The position numbers were made by a program, and so were the translations under genes. Below the pieces are notes generated by a model that was given only the letters and a program-made list of their open reading frames with translations, did no database searches and was not told where the DNA came from. 64,000 nt of DNA from Leptogorgia sarmentosa (lineage: Eukaryota), in NCBI GenBank assembly GCA_964658305.1, contig OZ210885.1:21948001-22012000 (forward strand), given 5' to 3'. Below are positions 59,724 to 64,000 of this stretch, piece by piece (the stretch's first letter is position 1; each line of letters starts with the position of its first letter).

Positions 59724-62242
59724 TCTGTAAAAACCTTGTTTTGGTCCTATCGCTGGGTAGATCAGCCATGTGTTGCTCCATCGGTTTTCCTCGGAATCGA
59801 CGACAAGTGACACATTTTCGTAAAACTTGGTTCACCATTCAGCTTACTCGGACAATCCACAAACCGGCTTGTCTTACTGCACCATTAGTTATCAGTCAGC
59901 CTTGGTGGTGGACTCTGTGGTGATGGTGTAAAATAGCTAGTTTGGATAGGTACGTCCCTTTTCGCAGAATAACTGGGTGTTTCTCTTCGTATTTCATTTC
60001 TGAACGTCGCAATCTCCCTCCAACCCTGAGCAATCCGTCTTCGTCCACAAAGGGGTTCAAGCGATAGAGAGACGATCTTTTCAACTGATTCAATTGGTTT
60101 TGGGTGAGATTCTCTCTTCTATTTTCCTCTACAATGCTTAGTTCCATGAGAAAGTGTTAATGTACATTTCTTATCAGCAGGACTTCTGCTTTTTTCAATT
60201 CCTTGACGGAAACATCACAATTGGAGACTTTAATACTGAACCTCTTCTTCTTCTTAAATCTCTCAATCTTCAAGATTAGGTTTGCTATTGCTCGACTTAA
60301 GGATGACCAGCTGGAAAATCGAGTAAATCTTTCGGCTCCAAAGCAGCCTCGACTTGAAGTTACGGAATAGGCAGAACTGCAGATTTCTGGATCATCTTCG
60401 TTCAATAAGTACGAATGGTTCTCCTTTTCCTGAATATGATCATCCTTTAAGAATGGTGGGCCGTTTAACCAAATTGAGGTTAAAATGTGCCGTGGGGTCG
60501 TCCCTCTTGTTATCAAATCTGCAGGATTTGAAGCAGAGTCCATGTACTTTCATTGAGTAGGGTTAGTCATGGAGCGGATAATTTGCACGCGGTTCGCAAC
60601 ATAAACGAAAAAACGTCGACTTTCGTTTTGAATATAACCAAGTGTTACTTTGGAATCTTTAGATACACTACAGCACCGACGGCTAAACGACTCACATCTG
60701 AGAAGGCATGGATTTCTACACTGAAAGGATCCTGGAAATAATTCGGGATGTAACAACGTGGGATGAGCACCTTCTCAAGGCCTTTAAGAGATTCTTGCCA
60801 CGTTTGCCAAGTTTTCTGTAAGTGATCTGGAAATGGATCATCCCAACCAATACTAATGTTATTGTCTCCCGTAGCAGCTTTCATCAGGTCTCGTAAAAGC
60901 ATTCTTCCTCGGATCGTGACTAGAAGAGCAAGTCCGAGAGGGTCGTAAATAGAATTGACAATGGAGAGTACTTCGCGTCTGGTGAATGACTTTTCTGGCG
61001 CGTTGATAACAAAGGTGAAGCAGTCTTTCGCTAAATTCCAAGAGACGCCTAAGGCTCATTGGACTGGTATGGGGTCTTTCTGGAGGTTGAGATCCTTGAA
61101 TTTCTCAGCTCGATCTTCAGATGATATCACGCTCATTAGGGCCAAAGAATTGGACGCTATCTTGTGCACTCGTAAGTTGGCTGTGCTCAACATTGCTCGG
61201 GTGCTCAAAACGAGGTCAGTAGCTTGTTCGACTGTTGGACACGAGGTGAGGCCGTCATCTATGTAGAAATCTTCAGCAACAAAGGTTCTTGCTTGTGGAC
61301 CAAAATTTTTTTCTTGTTCAAGTGCTGTTTTCTGTAGGCCATACATGGCTACTGCTGGACTTGACTTGTTCCCAAAAAGGTGGACGGTCATATGATAGTC
61401 AATTATTGCCTTGGTTGGGTCATTCTCTTCGAACCATAAAAAATGCAAGAGTTCTCTATGCTCTTCATTGACATAGAAGCCATGAAACATCTGCTCGATA
61501 TCACAAGCAATAGCGATATGATATCTTCTGAAACGTATCAATATCCCAAGCAGGTTGTTCGCCATGTCTGGACCGGACAACAACTCTTTGTTCAAAGAAA
61601 CTCTGTCGCATTCTGCCGAGGAATCGAAAACAACTCTGATCTTTTTAGGTTTCTGAGGATGATAAACACTGAAATGGTGCAAGTACCACACATTTCCATT
61701 TTCTTTTGTAGATTTGTTTTCTTTAAGATCTTTAGGTGTCTGCACTGGGACGGCATGTCCGTTCGAGTAGTTTACCCATAAATTCGAAGTAGTGCCTCGA
61801 CATTTCTGGTTTCTTCTGCAAAGTTGACGATAGGTTTTTCAGGCGTGAGATAGCTAAATCTTTGTTATTAGGGAAAAAAGCGTTTTTTGATCGGAGAGGT
61901 AGAGGCATCTCCCAATTACCCTTTTCGTTCTTGTGTATTCCATCTTTCATTATCTTTTCGAAATAACGGTCTTCTACGGATAAACTGGCTTCGTTGTCGT
62001 GTTCAGTTTGATGAAAAACATCGGTGACTGTTCTCTCTATGTTGTCGTAGGCTTCTTTCACCACAAAATTATTCGGGCACGGTAGCAGCTCATGTCTGGC
62101 TCGTGTCTTCATTGTCTGTTCAAATGGAAGTGAACCTTCCTTCTTAATGGGTTCGCGGATTACAGTGCGCTGTGTAGTTATATGAACGGGACCACCATGA
62201 CGATTCAAACAAATCTGTCCAATGATTGTCCATCCTAGTGCT
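59724..62242 (-). pseudogene. BEL/Pao #3 pol fragment (RT, RNase H, integrase N-terminus)
   Basis: [46 protein letters not shown]. Truncated on the left and cut by the hAT element on the right. Confidence 0.88.
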
Positions 62243-64000
62243 CAGGGTTGGAAATAACGGCCGGTGACCGCTAATTACCGGCCAAATTTAGATAAATCAC
62301 TGGCCAAATAGATATATCAATAGTAAAGTAATCGCAAACAGGTTTCGTATAGTTTACTGACTGGAAAATTGCATAGAAATAAAGAAGTTTGGTCATTACG
62401 AGTCTCAAGTAATTAAACGGAAGTATATACGTACCAAATCGATTAATTTTAACAAGGGTAAAACAAAAATCCATTAATGAACTCTTGCTTAATTTCGATA
62501 GTGTTTTTCGAAGCGCCATCTTGAATTTTCTTGTGATTACAAATCAGAACTACTTCATATATGGTGCACTAAAATGTATCTTCCGCTGGATATTGAGTGT
62601 GCAGGCACTTGCGTCCTGAAAAGGGCGGGAATTAGCAATTTTTTCGCAACATAATAATGGCGAACAAACTTCCAAAACCAGGAACTTTTCAAAGGTGGAA
62701 AACTGAGTTTAAATGGCTTGAAATTAAGGACAATCGCATGTTCTGTAAAACATGTTCAAAATGGCGAGAAAGTATAGTTTCAACAAGAAACTATAATGAT
62801 ACATTTGTGAAAGAAGGGAGTGTTAACTGGCAGAAAAGTGCAGTTAAAGAACATGATACCAGTGTACCACATGTCACTGCGATTGATTATGAGCAGCGAT
62901 CAGTTATGGGGGAAAACTATCGCAAACAAGTTGTCAAATAGAATACCAGAGAACAATCCGTTGAAGCAATCCTTTGCGCGAATGTCTGAAGATGAGCGTG
63001 AGCTGTTTGTGCGATCGTTCGAAATTGCCTATTTACTTGCAAAAAAGGCAAGGCCTTACTCAGATTTCCCGGATTGGTTAGAAATGGAAAAAAGGCATGG
63101 TGTTAAGTTTCCTGCAGCTTATGATCATAGAAACGCGTGTAAGGAATTTATTCACTATATAAGTGAAACAATTTTCAACGAACATGTCAAGAACAAACTG
63201 CTTCGTGCTAACTTTCTTACTGTACTGTGCGACGGGTCTACCGATTCCAGCATCGTAGAGAAGGAACTGATTTATGTTGTATTTGTTGACCCAGACACAT
63301 TTGTACCAATGTGTTCGTTCTTTGCTCTCAAAGATCCTGTTTCCCATGATGCGAAGGGCATTAAGCAAGCTATTGAAATGTCATTTGAAAAAAGAGGGTT
63401 ACGTGACCTGTTAAGAAAGTTGGTATTTTTGTCTTCTGACGGTACTGCCACAAACTCTGGATTGGTCAATGGACTGATCACTCTTTTTAGGAAAGATTTG
63501 CCTTGGGTTGCATTTGTGTGGTGCTTTTCCCACCGTCTTGAATTATGTTTGAAGGATGCTTTGTCTTCTGAGTTGGAACAAATTGAAGAGTCACTCAGAT
63601 ACTTGTTTTACATGTACAAGAACAGCTCAAAGAAAGTCCGGGAACTTACAGTCTTGTATCACATCTTGCAGAATGTGTACGAATTTGAAAACAATCAAGT
63701 AAGACCAGCAAAGTCTGGCGGTACCAGATGGATTGACCATAAACTGAGAGCCTGTTCACAGATGGTTGATAAACTGGGGGTTTATGTGCAGCACATAGAG
63801 AACATTATTGCAGACACGTCGAAAAAAGTGTGTGACCGTGAAGCGCTGCGTGGGAAACTAAGGAAGCTGAAATGTGCCTCATTACTGCTCAGAAGTGCAC
63901 TGCTGATTGACCTACTTGACTCTGCAAGAAAATTCAGTGTGATCTCTCAAAAGGCTGAAGTAAACATTCTGCTAATTCTCGATTCATTGGACGACACACT
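62243..64000 (+). mobile_element. hAT transposon, 5' part, running off the window
   Basis: CAGGGTTGGAAAT terminus interrupts BEL pol and is followed by a transposase. Confidence 0.8.
62657..64000 (+). pseudogene. hAT (ZNF862-like) transposase with a frameshift near 62937
   Basis: W..EFKWL..MFCKTC finger, then in the shifted frame LAKKARPYSDF, CDGSTD, SDGT, WCFSHRLEL, GTRW; open to the window end. Confidence 0.85.

Overview
AT-rich eukaryotic DNA, most likely from a marine invertebrate such as a cnidarian (inferred from the element families and GT-AG introns). I found no host gene: the window is a deeply nested pile of transposable elements whose ends and target-site duplications (TSDs) can mostly be read directly. 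It holds three IS3EU-type DNA transposon families (TAY..RTA ends). The two complete ones have 6-bp TSDs and pair a DDE transposase with a convergent, spliced HECT-type E3 ligase gene; the third preserves only the ligase gene's 5' part. Also present: a PIF/Harbinger element, three BEL/Pao LTR elements, a long foldback, a full-length RTE-group LINE, an ~18.7-kb Helentron/Helitron2 with two non-autonomous relatives, two Kolobok-type elements, Tc1/mariner derivatives and a hAT element. The strongest observations are: (1) transposon-encoded ubiquitin ligases with CUE- and UBZ-like modules, one with its start codon inside the TIR; (2) a canonical HDV-like ribozyme whose cleavage site is the LINE 5' junction; (3) a 2A/StopGo motif just ahead of the OTU domain of the Helentron protein; (4) about 54 kb of nested insertions sitting between two IS3EU termini that may once have been abutted; (5) a dense A/G substitution cluster and a locally templated insertion in one foldback arm. 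All family calls come from motif recognition by eye; no database search was run.
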